A DNA stretch of 63,967 nucleotides, filler included, from Reticulomyxa filosa (taxonomy: Eukaryota; Protista; Foraminifera): the NCBI GenBank assembly GCA_000512085.1. It is 21 parts of 21 records of this genome, joined end to end, with 100 filler letters (N's around TTAATTAATTAA, not from the genome) between each part and the next. Parts side by side here need not be neighbours in the genome. Positions count along the whole stretch, not along the records: positions 39,019 to 40,331 come from ASPP01017378.1; positions 40,432 to 44,853 come from ASPP01041850.1; positions 44,954 to 54,510 come from ASPP01021180.1; 18 more parts are not named here. The stretch is one strand, 5' to 3'. The position numbers and the translations under genes are program-made. The notes under the pieces were generated by a model. It had not been told where the DNA came from. It did no database searches and saw nothing but the letters and a program-made list of their open reading frames with translations. Below, piece after piece: positions 39,030 through 52,607 of this stretch (position 1 is the first letter of the stretch; every line of letters starts with the position of its first letter).

Positions 39030-40182
39030 AAAGTGGACACTAAAGAATGGACAGTGGTGGGAGATGCAATAACCTATAAACAAGCCGACTACTGTTTGGT
39101 TGTGAAATACGACTCCACACAACCTCCCATTGCCGAGCTCTGTCTCATCACAAGTGACGAAACATGTCCTGACAAGTTTACGTCGTTATCATTGTCGGTC
39201 AATGGTCTCACGCTTTGTTATCGACCAGGTATGTTTTTTTTTTTTTTTTTCCTCCCCTCCCCCCCCCCCCCCCTCGCTCCCATTTGCATTACGCATTAGC
39301 ATTTGTGCTCACTTTTCCTACATATGTGCATAAACATATTATATGTATATGTATAACAGTGCCAACGAGCCCACTTGCTTTGAGGTATCAAACGTGTGTG
39401 TTGGATCGATATCCATTGCAAGATTATCAAGATAATCCACTTAGCAACACTGTGGCCGTGGTATGGATTTCTTACATATATGTATACATAATTGATGCTA
39501 TTTTCGACACTTTATACGAATGTGAGTGACACAAAGACCCTACCCCCCCCCTTTTTTTTTTTTTTTGGTAATTGCCTTGTTTTGTTGTTGTTGTTGTTGT
39601 TGTGATTGGGTGGACATGGAACATCGTCATGGTAGTTTTGCCAGCCCGAAGGGGCCCAAATATTGATCGACAACAATCCCATGCCGACCTTTTTGTCCTT
39701 TGTGTTGACTGACGCTGAAGGTTTGCAACTTGTGTCTTTCTCTTCTTCTCTCTCTCTCTCTTTCTCTTTCTCCTCAAGTGCAAACACATGTATACTTATG
39801 AATGTCACTGGGATGACGGAGGATCATAGTCTTTTAGCATATACTTGAACAGACCCCCCCCCCCTCCCCTCGCTCCCCCAATCAATCACATTTTATTGTT
39901 ATTATTATTACTGTTGTTTGTGAAATAGGCGAGAAGATGTATGCAGTGACAGTGACATTTTACGAAGAAATGGACGAGTTGACAGTGGAATCAGTAAAGC
40001 AAGCTGTGAACGATACAAACAGCGATGGAATGTGGAAATTGGAATGGCCACAAAAAGCAAAGAAATTCTTTTGTTCCAAGTCCGTGTGTATATTGTCGTA
40101 CTATCCTTTTTTCCGACGCTTCCGAGAATGCTTAAAGGAAATTTATCGCGTGGCTTGTTCTCCTGGAAACACGCCCATTGAA
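39030..40182 (+). CDS. MABP + uDENN/DENN domain protein (DENND4-like Rab GEF), internal fragment, multi-exon
   Basis: PPIAELCLITSDETCPDKF..VNG.TLCYR (MABP); YQTCVLDRYPLQDYQDNPL..VAVFCQPEG; FVLTDAEG..YAVTVTFYE; KSVCILSYYPFFRRFRECLKEIYR. Confidence 0.88.
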
Positions 40183-40431
40183 GTTTAGAAAAAAAAAAAA
40201 AAAAAAGGGGGAATGTTAAAAAAAAAAAAAAAAATAAACCATAACATATACAATACATATACATTATTTCATATATATGATATGTGTGTATGTTATGGTT
40301 TAATCAAAAAAAAAAAAATTATGTTAAATTTNNNNNNNNNNNNNNNNNNNNNNNNNNNNNNNNNNNNNNNNNNNNTTAATTAATTAANNNNNNNNNNNNN
40401 NNNNNNNNNNNNNNNNNNNNNNNNNNNNNNN

Positions 40432-41490
40432 TCTTGATGCTGTTAGTGCGGAAGCAATGAATGCGGCGCCAGCGTATGGAAGAGCTGTCTTTAAGCCGAG
40501 GCCACCTTGACGGATCGGGAGCTGACACTGAGTCCACTGTTGGTCGGTGATAGGGTGTGCGGTGATAGTCTCCATTGTTTGCTTCATCTTGTCGTCGAAT
40601 TTTTTAATCCAACTAGAGCCATAACATGCAAAGTTCGATCGGATGAAGTAATTAACCTTTGATAACTGCATCGAATTACGTAGCATGAGGAGCATTGTTT
40701 GTGAATGCCTGAGTGCCATGATCTTGTCGAACTGCGATGACCACTCCTTTTGTCCGTCCTCCATTTCATGGTGAACATGAGAGACTTTCCCAATAGGGAC
40801 GTTAACCAATGTTGTATCGTATGTGGTGTTATGTGTGATGCCGATGAATTGACTTGGTGGAGGAGTAGCCCAATTTGATAACCATTCCGTCTTGGAAAAG
40901 TTGATTTCGATCCCATGCGAGTCTTTGAGGGCTTCTAATGATGTCAAGGCCAATGTTAATGAAGCTGATGATGGTGACGCCATTGTGAAGTCGTCATGAT
41001 AAGCCGCGTGGTATACATTGTCTAACCCGGAAAGTGCCGATTTTAATGCATCTGCAAGGACTATGGCGAACAATGCGCCACCTAAGGGGTCACCTTGGTG
41101 TATCCCTGCACAAGATTGGATTGTTGAACGGTTAGGCAGGAATAACGGAACATGTGATGCGTAGCATCCCTTAACATAACCATATAATTCCGGAATTTGA
41201 TTTCTGATTAATTGTAGTACTTTTGCGCGTTTGCACGAATTGAACGCGTTCTTGAAATCCACCTTTATAGCCACTGCATCTTGCATTGGCCGGATGTGTT
41301 GTAAAATTGCTTTAAAATCATGCACGAAAATTCAATTCCCGCTTTCACATTGATTCCAAATTGGTTATGTCCGACTATCGTCTTGATTCTGTCAGCGTGT
41401 CGTTTCATTAGTCCCTGTGGACCTCCTCAATAGTGACCCGATTGCAATGGGCCTGGGGCTGCCATCTGGTTTTGAGATACCGATCAGTCT
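40432..41490 (-). pseudogene. reverse transcriptase domain of the retrotransposon
   Basis: RT motifs 1-7 plus thumb; YHDD; frameshifts near 41415 and 41325. Confidence 0.92.
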
Positions 41491-44400
41491 GGCTCCGTAC
41501 ACCACAGGGGTATCCTATGTGATCTCTCATCTCTATCAATCACTTGTAATATGGAAGCGGGCAATGGCTCGTATGGATGTTTCTCTCGTAGTTGCTTGAT
41601 TGTATCGTCGTCGTATGATATCGTTTGGCTAGGCGTTAAGCTTTGAATGCTTTTGATAACTCCCCCAATGCTGCCAGTTTAATTGCCTGGCATGAGTAAT
41701 GTTTGTTCTTGCGATAGATAATAATTTTGTTGATCTTGATTTGCTCGGTGTTGGTAATGCGAGTGAATGCTCGCAAAAATCATCACATAATTTTTTAATA
41801 TTGCCTTCTCTCCATAACTTGGTTCTATTTATAACGATGTTAGCAATCGAGTTGGCGTGCTTGGTTCCCCCCCTGCCTGGGTCCCATAAAATAAGACGAG
41901 TTAGCGATACCCATTTGGTCCATGCCGAGATATCGTTGTTATCCGCGATATCACGGAGTGCCCATGAGAGAAGAATCGCACATTGTTATAATGAATCTGA
42001 TGTTCGTCGGGGTCTTGGTCTCCGCCGATCAGCTCACCATGCTGGAACATCGTGTCCTGTGAAGATTGGATGGAGTCTTCTTTGATATCGAGGTTGCCGG
42101 TGTTGCCCTGCAACCTTTGAGGTGTTGTTATGACTTGCGGTATCATAATATCTGATGTGAGCCGACAATATTGATTTGTTTCCGGTGCTTGCTGGGGCGC
42201 ATGTATGGTAACATGGTCCGATGAATGCGCTTGGATCGGCTGATGAGTTTTTTGTGGTAGCTCACTTCCATGCTTAGGCATATTTGCATTCGGTGCATTG
42301 AGTGCGGGGGTTGATAATGCTCCTGATGGTGATGAGTTGCATGCTATAATGGATGGCTCTTTGTGCGGGATGACGACGTATGAAATATCAGCTGCGAACT
42401 GGAGGGTATCATTGGCATGGGATGCTGCATTAATGGCCTGATTAATGGCAAATAAAATGGAAAAATTTGATGTTTTTGTCAAACATGATAACAATGCCTT
42501 CCTCCATTCACTACAACCACGTTGTTGACAATAATTAACCTTGAATTTGCTATAATTCTTTAATATATCTCTGAATTGCTTTAACATTAATGCGTTACAA
42601 GATGATTCCAAACTAAAGAGATTTTCCACACGAGTATGTATTTGGTTTTTTGAATTTAAAAAGGGGAATGGTACATTACTTGAAGACTCACACACTAAAT
42701 CAAAAAGAAAAATATTGCTTTTCATTTGAAGCATTTGCACGCCATTCTTGATATGATTTTGACAAATTGCGATATCGTATATTGTATGTCCGTGAATGAT
42801 TGGTATCCATATGTTTGGTTTTGCTCTGGGTTTTGTGGATGGAGATGGAATGAATTTTTAAGTGCATTTGCCACAATTGGCCCCACAAATTCCGGTACGA
42901 TCTGGATAATCCCGATTGATGCATTGAATACTTTGTCAAACACGTAATAGTTACCCCCCTTCGCAGTAATTCCTAATTTCGTCAAAACTACATTATTGGA
43001 GACATTGATATAATAATCCTTTTTACTACTCAAATCATCATCTGTTATTAATGCATACGTCTTGGCTACCTTTTCGTTTCCCCTCTCCATGTGAATTTGC
43101 ACTGCCACCTTGCTATCCGAATTGACTGCTATGTTTGTGAGATTCGCGTTTGATAAATGATGATGATTCTGATCATGGTGTGTGGTGTGGATGAAAGGTA
43201 TTAATTATTTGATTCAATTTGCGTTTTCGATGTAGGAGGTTGGGAGGGTCGCTGTCAGCATCTGCTGTATATGTCATACAGGATACCCGCGGGTCCGCCA
43301 ACTCCTCGGTGAAATGAAGCTTGTCATCTGGCCTCGAGGTTGGATGTGAGCATCCCCTCGATGTCGCTTGTGAAGGATAGTTGCGCCGCTGTTGTTCGCA
43401 GGATGCTTGCTCTAATATAATATAATATTGTATTGCCGACTGTATGGTAGTGTCCGTGGAACGTTCGGTTGCCTATAATTGAACTGGTAAATAACTCGGG
43501 GGCCGCAATTGGATTGGACTCAGATTTTCGCATAATGGACTTGGTGTCTTGATCGACCACAACAATGGGGCCTGCTGATGATTCTCTTCACGACGGAGTT
43601 CAATGCTTACCGGGTTGGGAGCATTAATAACCGGGGTGGAATGTTCGATGACAAGAGGCAGGCTACGCTGAAAGTCAATATTACGCTGCGTTGCATAGAA
43701 TGGTTCGGCTTGGCCGATGTCAACTTTCGGGCACAGCCCTGCGATAGCATTTGATCGATTCGGTCCCTACGACTACGCATTTGGGGGCTTTGCGCTTTTG
43801 AGTCCTTGTCACGATTGGTGATATTCATATAACGATAATTTGTGTTTCTGGAGGGGAGCTTTCTAGTGGCCGGATTTGAAACCCCAGCCAGGTCCGTGTC
43901 TGAGCCAACGGGACTTGTCTCGAAGTGAATGTGCTCAGTAGGATCCCACTTCTCATTCTCGACACACTCATTGTCCTTGCCTCTAGGGCCCTCCGGGCTC
44001 GGCAGTACAACTTGCTGGTTCGATTGCGACGAATAGCACGGCTGTTGGTTTCCGGTGAATGGCTGTACTGGTTGTGGATCATTACTTTCCGACATTGACT
44101 GAAGATTTTTCTTGGCGGCCCCAGAGTGCGATTGTTCCACGACAGTGACACAACTTGTAACGATCAAACCATCTGTGACATTGCTGCGATTCTCAACAGG
44201 TACGGCCAATTGGATTGAATGGTTAGCATTGGTATCACTACGATTGGAATTTGACTCTTCGATTTCACTTTTTTCGAATTGATGTTGTTGCTGCTGCTGG
44301 GGGCTCCCGCAAAACGAAGTGTCAATGGGGGATCCGTCCTCGTCGAACACGTAATTTGTACATGAATATCGGATTGAGTGCGTTTTTCCATTGGTTTCGA

Positions 44401-44853
44401 AATTGGCCTGGCACAAAATGCTTTTGGTGATTCCGTCGTACATGCGTTTCCACGTGGATCATGCTCACTACAAATTGAATTCGGTTCGCACATTGATGGA
44501 GATGACAATTTGGTTGCGTGTGAACTGCTACGGATACTTCCCCCGGTTATTCGCGTGACTGATTCGTCGTTTGCTGTTTTTGCTGCATCGATTGTGTATG
44601 AGTTACTACGTATACTGTTTCCGGATGGTCGCATATTTAATTCACCGATTGATGATTTTGGAACTTCGATTATGGATGTATTACTACGTATAACATTTTC
44701 CGGCAATCGCGTGTTTGATTCTCCATTTGGTGTTTTTGGCGTTTCCAATACGTATGTATTACTACTATGTATATGATTTTGCCCTGGTCTGGCTTGCGGA
44801 CCTTCTATAATCTCGGACGCTTTCTTTACTGTTCATGGGTCGGACTTGTTGTT
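40432..44853 (-). mobile_element. decayed non-LTR retrotransposon, CRE-like clade (fills the whole contig)
   Basis: LIGISKPDGSPRPIAIG, NQFGINVKAGIE, VDFKNAFNS, GIHQGDPLG, AYHDD, GIEINFSKT, QLPIRQGGLGL; pre-RT RGG..I..R..LWREG..A.KLAA.G.LSKA; higher GC, no homopolymer introns, many frameshifts. Confidence 0.9.
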
Positions 44854-45089
44854 NNNNNNNNNNNNNNNNNNNNNNNNNNNNNNNNNNNNNNNNNNNNTTA
44901 ATTAATTAANNNNNNNNNNNNNNNNNNNNNNNNNNNNNNNNNNNNNNNNNNNNTCTCTCTCTCTCTCTTATCTTTTCATCAAACAAATGAACAATTTTTT
45001 TTTATTAAAAAACAAAATTATGGTCGATACGTATAACTAAATGTATTGAGTATGATGCACACATGCACACATACCCTATATATAAACAA

Positions 45090-48000
45090 ACTACCAACAG
45101 CAACAACACCGACAAATCATGAAGAAGCCGATGATAAGAAGACCAATGCAACAGAGTTGCCTACTCAAAGTACAAGTGAAAATATATTGTGTGAAGACAC
45201 TGGCGACTCATCAGCCTCTTCCAAAAGGCGAGCCGTTCGGCGTCCATTAACACGTCCTGGCAATGGTGTATTTAATAACTTGTCACCAACATCTTCTGAT
45301 CCGACCTTGACATTAGGTTTGTTTGCATTACATAAAAGTGTTTATATATATGTATATAGACATATGTATATATGTGTATAAATAAAGATTTTACTAAAAA
45401 CACACACTCTTTTTTTTAAAAAAAAAAGAAACAGACAGCAAAAAGCGACTACTCAATGAAACGTATGATGGTGATGACGACAATGAACAAACTTATGTCC
45501 CAAGTCCTAAACGGCAAAGAAGAAATAGCACCGGGACAAATAGTCCGAACAAAAGAGACTTGGAAAGTACCAATGACCCAACTTCAGATGCTATGTTTTG
45601 TTCCACGGCAGTTCCGCCCGCTATTTCGCCCACATTGATGGTCGAGGATCAAGGAACGTCCTCCGTGTCCTCCTCAACTTCAGCGCTTGTGACAAGTGGT
45701 GAATCCGGTTCCACCGTCCCGCAGGTCCCACCATCGTCGCCTTCCAAAGCAAAAGAAAAAAAGCCCAGCGACAAGGAAGCACAACAGCAAAAAGAAGACG
45801 CAGAGAAAAAAATGTGCGAAAAAGCACGTAAGACTGTTCGAGAGACCTTCGGACATTACTTTAATCAAGAGCGTTGCCTTACCTTGGAAAATTATTTGTA
45901 TTCAACTTATGGAGTGGGCTCGTCCAGAAATTGGAATAAAGGAATTTTGGAAAGAATCGACGATTTTCTTCCTAGCAGCGACAAAGGCCAAAGTTCTGAC
46001 CAATCAAAATATATACAAATAAACGGATCATAAATTCATTGTAACAACAACAATCACTGTCATATAATTTGCATTTATGTTACAAACATTTATTGATGTG
46101 GATATTAAAAAAAAAAAAAAAAAAAAGGGGTAGTTGAATAATCTCTATGTGAACAAGTATTTCGAAGTAATGGAGAGACTAAATGAGTTCCCTTCTTTAG
46201 CAAAACTCGTGCAAATGGGTGAGTTGGATATAACTAAAATTTTATACGTGAGCGAGAATGAAATCGTTGATGCCGCACGTAAAACTCATGCAGATGCAAA
46301 ATTGCTGCAACAATTATCCTCTTTGGTCGGCGAAGTTTTGGCACAAGACATAATCAAGCTGGCCAAACAATACAGCAAGAAAGACAAAACCAAGTACCGC
46401 GATAAAATGAGAGACTTAATGTTCAACTTGCACAAGAACACCAAACTCATTAATCGTCTACAAAGCGGAAATATGACCGCAGAGCAGTTGGTTTTTGCTA
46501 CCAATGAAGAATTAGCTTCGGAGGAAATTTCCGAATATCGCAATAAAGTGCGAAAAGAAATAGCTCAAGCACAGGTTTGTACTACGTATAAACATGTATA
46601 CGTATTCCACGGATTTTTTTATTTCGGTTTTTTTATTTTTATTTTTTTAAAAAAAACAGATCATTCATGAAAAGTTGACGGACTTAAAACGAGAAGGATT
46701 AATCAAAAAACAAGTCGAAGTAAAGCCCGATGATATTCCGTTGTCCGAGTCGATTGTTAAAGAAATGGCAACCACAATTGGATCAGCTATAAATGCCGCG
46801 AGCAACAATGGCAGTGCTGTTAGCAATCAGAACGGCAATGATTCTGCTTTGCAAATTCAACAAGTGACGCAGCCCCAACGCCTAATAACCAAATTGGAAA
46901 GTGATTCGTCGGAAGGTGATGACCAAAGCCTTTTAAAAAATGTTACAAAATCCAAACTCAATGACAACACAGGTACAAAGCCGATTAATAATTTTTGCTT
47001 TCATAGCGAAAAATAATTTTTTTTTTTTTTTGTATGTACGGCACATATCCCAGAAACAATAACGCTTACGCACAATGAAGGAAATGAGGATAAGGAGATT
47101 ACAAGTGAAAAAGAAGTGATTAATGGAATATCATCGCCAAAAGAAAAAAATACAATAGACACAGCAACAGACAAAGTGATAGTAAAACTTGATGAAAAGG
47201 AAGACTTGCCCAACAAAGTGAATGAATTGGTGTTTGAAAGCAGACAAAGTGATAGTGAAAGTGAAGTGGAAGAAATTGTTTCGAATCAAACACCCACCAA
47301 AATTGAAGTTAATCTGGGCGCGGAAGAAGATGATGGCAATGTCACTTTTGTGGGATTATTCAATGATCCCAATCCTCATTCTCAACAAGATAGTTCAACA
47401 AAGAAATCAAGTGATTCCACGGGAACAACGAAAAAAGTCGTGGAAGATGCAAAACGACTTTTGACAGTATCACCATCACAAGACGCAACCTCACCCGAAG
47501 GAAGCGAGCAAGACACCGAAAGCGAAGAAAACAAGAAAAAAGAAAAAAAAGGAAAATCCACGTTTTTGAGTGCTGGAAAAACGCACCTCTCATCCAAAAA
47601 AAAACGTTTTCAAAAAACAAAAGAGAAACACTCAAATGATGACGAAGGCGATAATAAAAAATCAAAACTCCGCAAGAAAAATCAACCTGGACAAAATGGA
47701 AAAACGGCGGATAAACATTCGTACTTGTGGAAAGGGTCTCTGGAATATCGTGATGGGGACGGAAAAGATGCCGTTTTCAAGTGTAAGCTATTTCAAATTG
47801 GTGGGGATCCTGTTCAGCGGTTACCCGCCTCATCAAAAATTTCCATGACGGGGCGAATTGCTCCGAAGGAGTTAGAGGCACATGTGATCAAAGTTTGGTT
47901 TAATAATAATAAACAATAAGGGAGGAGAAAAAAATGCAAGACTTGTTGTCGCAACCATTTAAAAAAAAAAACGCAACAGTCGTTAAATCACGCTCGTCGA

Positions 48001-48908
48001 AAAGTGATTTGCGTAGGGTTATCTGTGGCGACGGAGCACGAAAAAGTCGCAAGTGAATGTGAAAGATATTTGAGAAACGCGGAGAGGTGTGCCAGATTTA
48101 AGTCAGGTGATAAAGACGACAATACTTCGTTTGATTTGTATGTAATGTCTTACGGAGTCCCACATCTCAACGCAGATTTTGTAAAACAACGTTTCAAATG
48201 TTCCTTACCACGACATACAGTTGAGTTTACTTTAGTGTACGTGTGTGTGTGGTGTCGATCTTTGAATTGCAATATAATGCTATTGTATTTGATCGTATTT
48301 ACAGCTATGGGGTTTAGTGGTGTTTCCTATGGAAACATACGCAAAGATTGCTCAGTCACAGAGTGGAAAACGACATTCAACACCTACAAAAAGTTAAGAA
48401 ATTAGTTTTAAATATTTAATTTGTTATCAGAAAGGAATGAAAACTGTAAAATGTTGCTACACTTACAATTTGTTGTTGTTGTTGTTATTCAAAAAAGATC
48501 GAGATATAGACAGTTTGTACAGTCCTGAAATTGAAGTAAGTTTAAGTGAAGATGATAAAGACAGTGCGATCCGCAATAATGGATCTGCCGAAACAAAAAA
48601 ATGATAGTCAAATCACAGAAGGCTTAATGCGAGAAGAAAACAGTGAGATTTGGAGCGCTTTGAATCTACTCAGCACTGCCATTCAAAATGATCAGCCCAC
48701 TTTTACTCAAGTCCAACCCCAAAACCAATCTTATCATTATCCCCCCCCGTGGCAAATGGCAAACCCTCATCAGCCTCAGCATCCTTTTCCTAACACATAT
48801 CCGCCAAATGTTTATCCTCCTCACTTATTCCAACAACCACCACTGCCACCCCCTCCTCAAATTTATATTCAACCAACGGATCCGAGGACCAGAAGAAAAA
48901 GAATGTAA
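45090..48908 (+). CDS. TFIIS central domain + SPOC domain protein (PHF3/DIDO/Bye1-like), multi-exon, 5' truncated
   Basis: KYRDKMRDLMFNLHKNTKLINRLQSGNMTAEQLVFATNEELASEE (TFIIS_M); LWKGSL..FKCKLFQIGG..LP..ISMTGRI (SPOC); Pro/Gln-rich tail ending TDPRTRRKRM. Confidence 0.85.
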
Positions 48909-49441
48909 AGAGTCTCGCTTTTCCTCAAATGCAAAAAACAAAAATGAAATGTATCCTTTGTTTCATGAACTGGGTGAAAAGCATTGAAAGAAAACCTGTT
49001 TGTTTGTGGGAAAGGGAATTATATATTGTTTGTTCAACCCTTGTCTTTTTATACCATCACTAAATTTCAAACCAATACTTTTTTTGGAAACTAGACCTTT
49101 TCCCTTTCTCCTTTGTTACACTTACACGTTTATGTGTTTTTACTACTCCTTGCAAATTGAGTAAAGTTTAATTGGTCAAACGCTTTAAAATGTTACTTTT
49201 GTGTCATCTCAGTTTATTTTAGAAACCATTTTCATTGCCAACCTTTACATTCACTACTTTTCAGAGACTAAACCAAAAATTTTTGCGGCAAAGCAATTTA
49301 GCTGTTTGGTCCATTCATTTTTGGAACATGCTACCTTTTCTGAAAAGATTTATTGCAATTTCTAACGTTTTTTCACTTTTTGTTTCAAGGAGACAAGAAA
49401 AAACTAGTTGTTTTTTAAAAGTAATATTTCTCTGATTAGTG

Positions 49442-49838
49442 ATGCCAGAAGGCGAAGAAAATGATGAATTAAACGTTGCTGAGCAACATCCAAAAGGAGA
49501 TCAAGGATTGGATATAAATTCCGACACTACTTCTCTTCCAGACAGCGACGCCAAACGGTATGCGTGTTGTGTTTCTGGTTTGATTCAAACAAGCACCGTG
49601 TGTTATCCACGACAGTCGTGAAAGCAACAAACATGCCGCAAGACGTTATAGGCTTCGACAACAACAGTTGTTACAAGATATGGAAAGAAAATTTCGGATA
49701 TTATCAGAAGAGTGGAAAATGATACAATTGCAATCTGTTGATGACATGAACTTCATGCAGCTCATGGAACTGTGTCGTCATAAGGGCATGAGTGAAGAAT
49801 TGATCCAACAGATTTTACAATTGACCTCCTCTAGGTAG
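49442..49838 (+). CDS. small bZIP transcription factor, intron 49558-49615
   Basis: Splicing GT..AG gives DAKRRESNKHAARRYRLRQQQLLQDMERKFRILSEEW (N-x7-R basic region plus short zipper); open to TAG at 49838. Confidence 0.8.
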
Positions 49839-50661
49839 AAAAAACAATGTTATGGATTGATCATTTTTTGTTCGTTATGATACATTTTTTTCAAGTAAAA
49901 ATTAATATAAACATCAATCCTCTCTTATAAAGTGAAATGTCAATTTTAAAATGTTTAATTTGAAATTGAGTTCCATTTGTTATTAACTTTTCATACTTCA
50001 TTGTTTAAATTGTGATTTTTAGATGTAATAGCAATGATTGAATTGCATAACAGATTTGTATTAAAAACTTTCAAAAAGGTAATGTCTGTATTTTGGAAAG
50101 AATTCGAAAGAACATCAATATCTTTACATATGCAATAATTTCCGGCTCATTAAAAAAACTTGTTAAATAGATATTTAACAAAATTCATATCTTTCTAGCG
50201 TGAAGTTATTCGATACGTATAAAATCTTTGTGTCATTAAAAGCTAATAAAAAAACATGTAAGAAAAACATTTTAAGTTGACATTCATATTAAAAAAAAAG
50301 TCTTTTTGTTAAAATACAACTTTTGTCAGCAAATTGGATATATTCAAGTGGTTTGGAATGAGATTTACGCTATTCTTTTAACTTACAAAACATTACGTTA
50401 CATATACTGTCTGTTATTGAATTAAGCAGGAAGATTACAGATAAAAAAATAAAAAAATTTGAACTACCTTACCTGGTTCGCCCCTTTCATATGTTTAAAA
50501 TGTTTTAAGGCTACAAAAACTTTTTTCTGTAATTTTAATTAACAAATATTATAACAGCAGACTATTTTCTTTTAAAATCTGTTGATTTAGAATCTGGTCA
50601 CCAATGAAGATAAATGAGGAAAAAACAACTATCAACTATCCATTTGACAACTGTTCACTGA

Positions 50662-52607
50662 CTATAAGGCAAGTTCTACAGCAACTGCAATAGAAGGTTC
50701 AACATTGATAACAGCATGGGCCCATTCATGAGGGACAAAGACAATATCACCAACATTTTGTTCAAGTAATAAGTACTCATTGGTTTTCCTCCATTTTTGC
50801 GATTTTGCAAAATTTTTTTCTTGAACAAGATGACAAAACAGGTCATGGGCATTAAGCAAAGAATGAAATGCAAATTTTGGAGGTAGCAATAGCCACAATT
50901 TTTTGCCGTGCATTAAAATATTTAAAGCGGGACCATGAAAATGCATATTGGCACCAGTGCCTTTATTTCCCATTGCAAATTGCAGCAAGTTGATATGATA
51001 CTCCTTCAAGAATAATGTTTGTTCGATCAAAGCAGAAACGTTTAGTGCTTGTTGCAGCTGCTGATTAATTTGCAACAACTGAGCGTCAAAAATATAATCT
51101 AGTGACTGGTGATTATTGTGAGATGTTCCTAAGCATTGTATGCTTTTAATTCCATTGCTAACATTGTATTGCAACTGAAATTTTGTCGGTGACTGAAACT
51201 TTTGCTTTATAAACTCTTCCATTGTCAACTTTTCACTTCGCTTGTGATTTTGATTTGGCTCTGTTTTTTGAGGATTGGTGCTAACGTATAATGAATGGTA
51301 TGGAATTGTATTTACTTCAAACTTGTACGTTGTTCCACACAACATACTCAATTCTTGCAAAGAATAGTTCCAAACGTGCTGGAGTTGTTGTGAAAATATG
51401 AATGGTTTTTGCGTTTGCCAAACATTTTGCACTGCTTTGATGCCATTACCGGCATAGACATCTCTGTTTATTGAAGGGATTGACAATGGACCAGAAGAAG
51501 ATGATAGGTCAAAAAATCTATGGTTTGTCGGAAACAATAATTTTAAATGTTCTTTCAGATACCACTCCACATTACAACAATAATCACTGTCGCTATCTGC
51601 TTTTGGAGCTGCAAAGCCTTCCATGAACACCACATGGCTTCGACAAATCCAGTCCCAAAGTCGTATATGCTGCCGCATTGATACAAGCCTCATCCAATAA
51701 AAATCAATGGCTGTGTGCCCATATGTATCTGGTTGAATATACCATTCTGATGGCATATTCACTTGGATCAGCGCATTAATAAATAGTCTCAAATCAACAA
51801 TATCTGTCCATTTTTTAATGTCCACCTGCCTCCAGTTCATAGTAGAAGCGACTTCGCTTTTAGAGGCTGTAGGTACGTCGGCATGAATTTGCAAATGTCT
51901 TAACAAGGCTGCGGATTGAGGTAAATGCGTGAGCACTCGAGTAAAACCAGAAGCACGAGATTTTGCAACTATGTGAAAAAAAGTTTGATTCAATGGTTTC
52001 ATTCGAAACGAATACAAACAATCAAAGAGTTGCGAATTAGTCCAATAATCTTCCGTCAGTATTGCATGCATGCAAGGGATAATTCGATATTCTATACAAA
52101 GATAGAGCCCGTTGCATATTAGATCATCACCGGAAGGATAGTAATACCATGGATAAGTCTTTATGTGCCATAAAAACTTTTTTACCATTTCATTTTGTGA
52201 TTTCGTAATGATTCATATTTTCTATTGCATTATTTTTTTTTTTGGCAAATTTTGCTATTTGCTTGCTTTTTACTATTGCAAATGGTCAAGAATGGTGTTA
52301 AATTTTTTCGCTTCCTCTCTGCTGCCTCCATCTTTTTTTGTGAGGTATTAACTCTTGTGACGGCGTGTACCGCAGAAATATTTCATCAACTTCGTGAATA
52401 TTTTGCAGTAATCGTATAAATGTCTCAGACAGTGATCGGTTCTGGTCGTTCTGCACTTCCGCAAATTCTTTTGAAAGGAGCCAAGAAACTGTCGGATAGT
52501 CCCCGTCACGGACGGCCTTCAGTAATTTTTGTGGAGCCTCCAAACTCCTACAAAATGCGCAAAGACCAAGTAAAATGTAACATATATCTTACAAAGTGAC
52601 CGCAACA
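50662..52607 (-). CDS. JmjC oxygenase (JMJD8/JMJD6-like) with N-terminal signal-like and ankyrin-like region; 5' part frameshifted
   Basis: FAMGNKGTGANMHFHGPALNILMHGKKLWLLLPP; EQNVGDIVFVPHEWAHAVIN; upstream LLKAVRDGDYPTVSWLL, LTPFLTIC, QTFFHIVA, DTYGHTAID. Confidence 0.85.

Noticed and set aside
43285-43345. aactcctcggtg resembling the HDV-like ribozyme L3 loop of R2-type elements
   Set aside because: On the antisense strand of the element, and P3/P1 pairings cannot be formed
39019-48908. Apparent neighbourhood of the RT with DENN and SPOC genes
   Set aside because: Separate contigs joined by linkers; no real linkage, so no retron/DGR-style operon can be inferred
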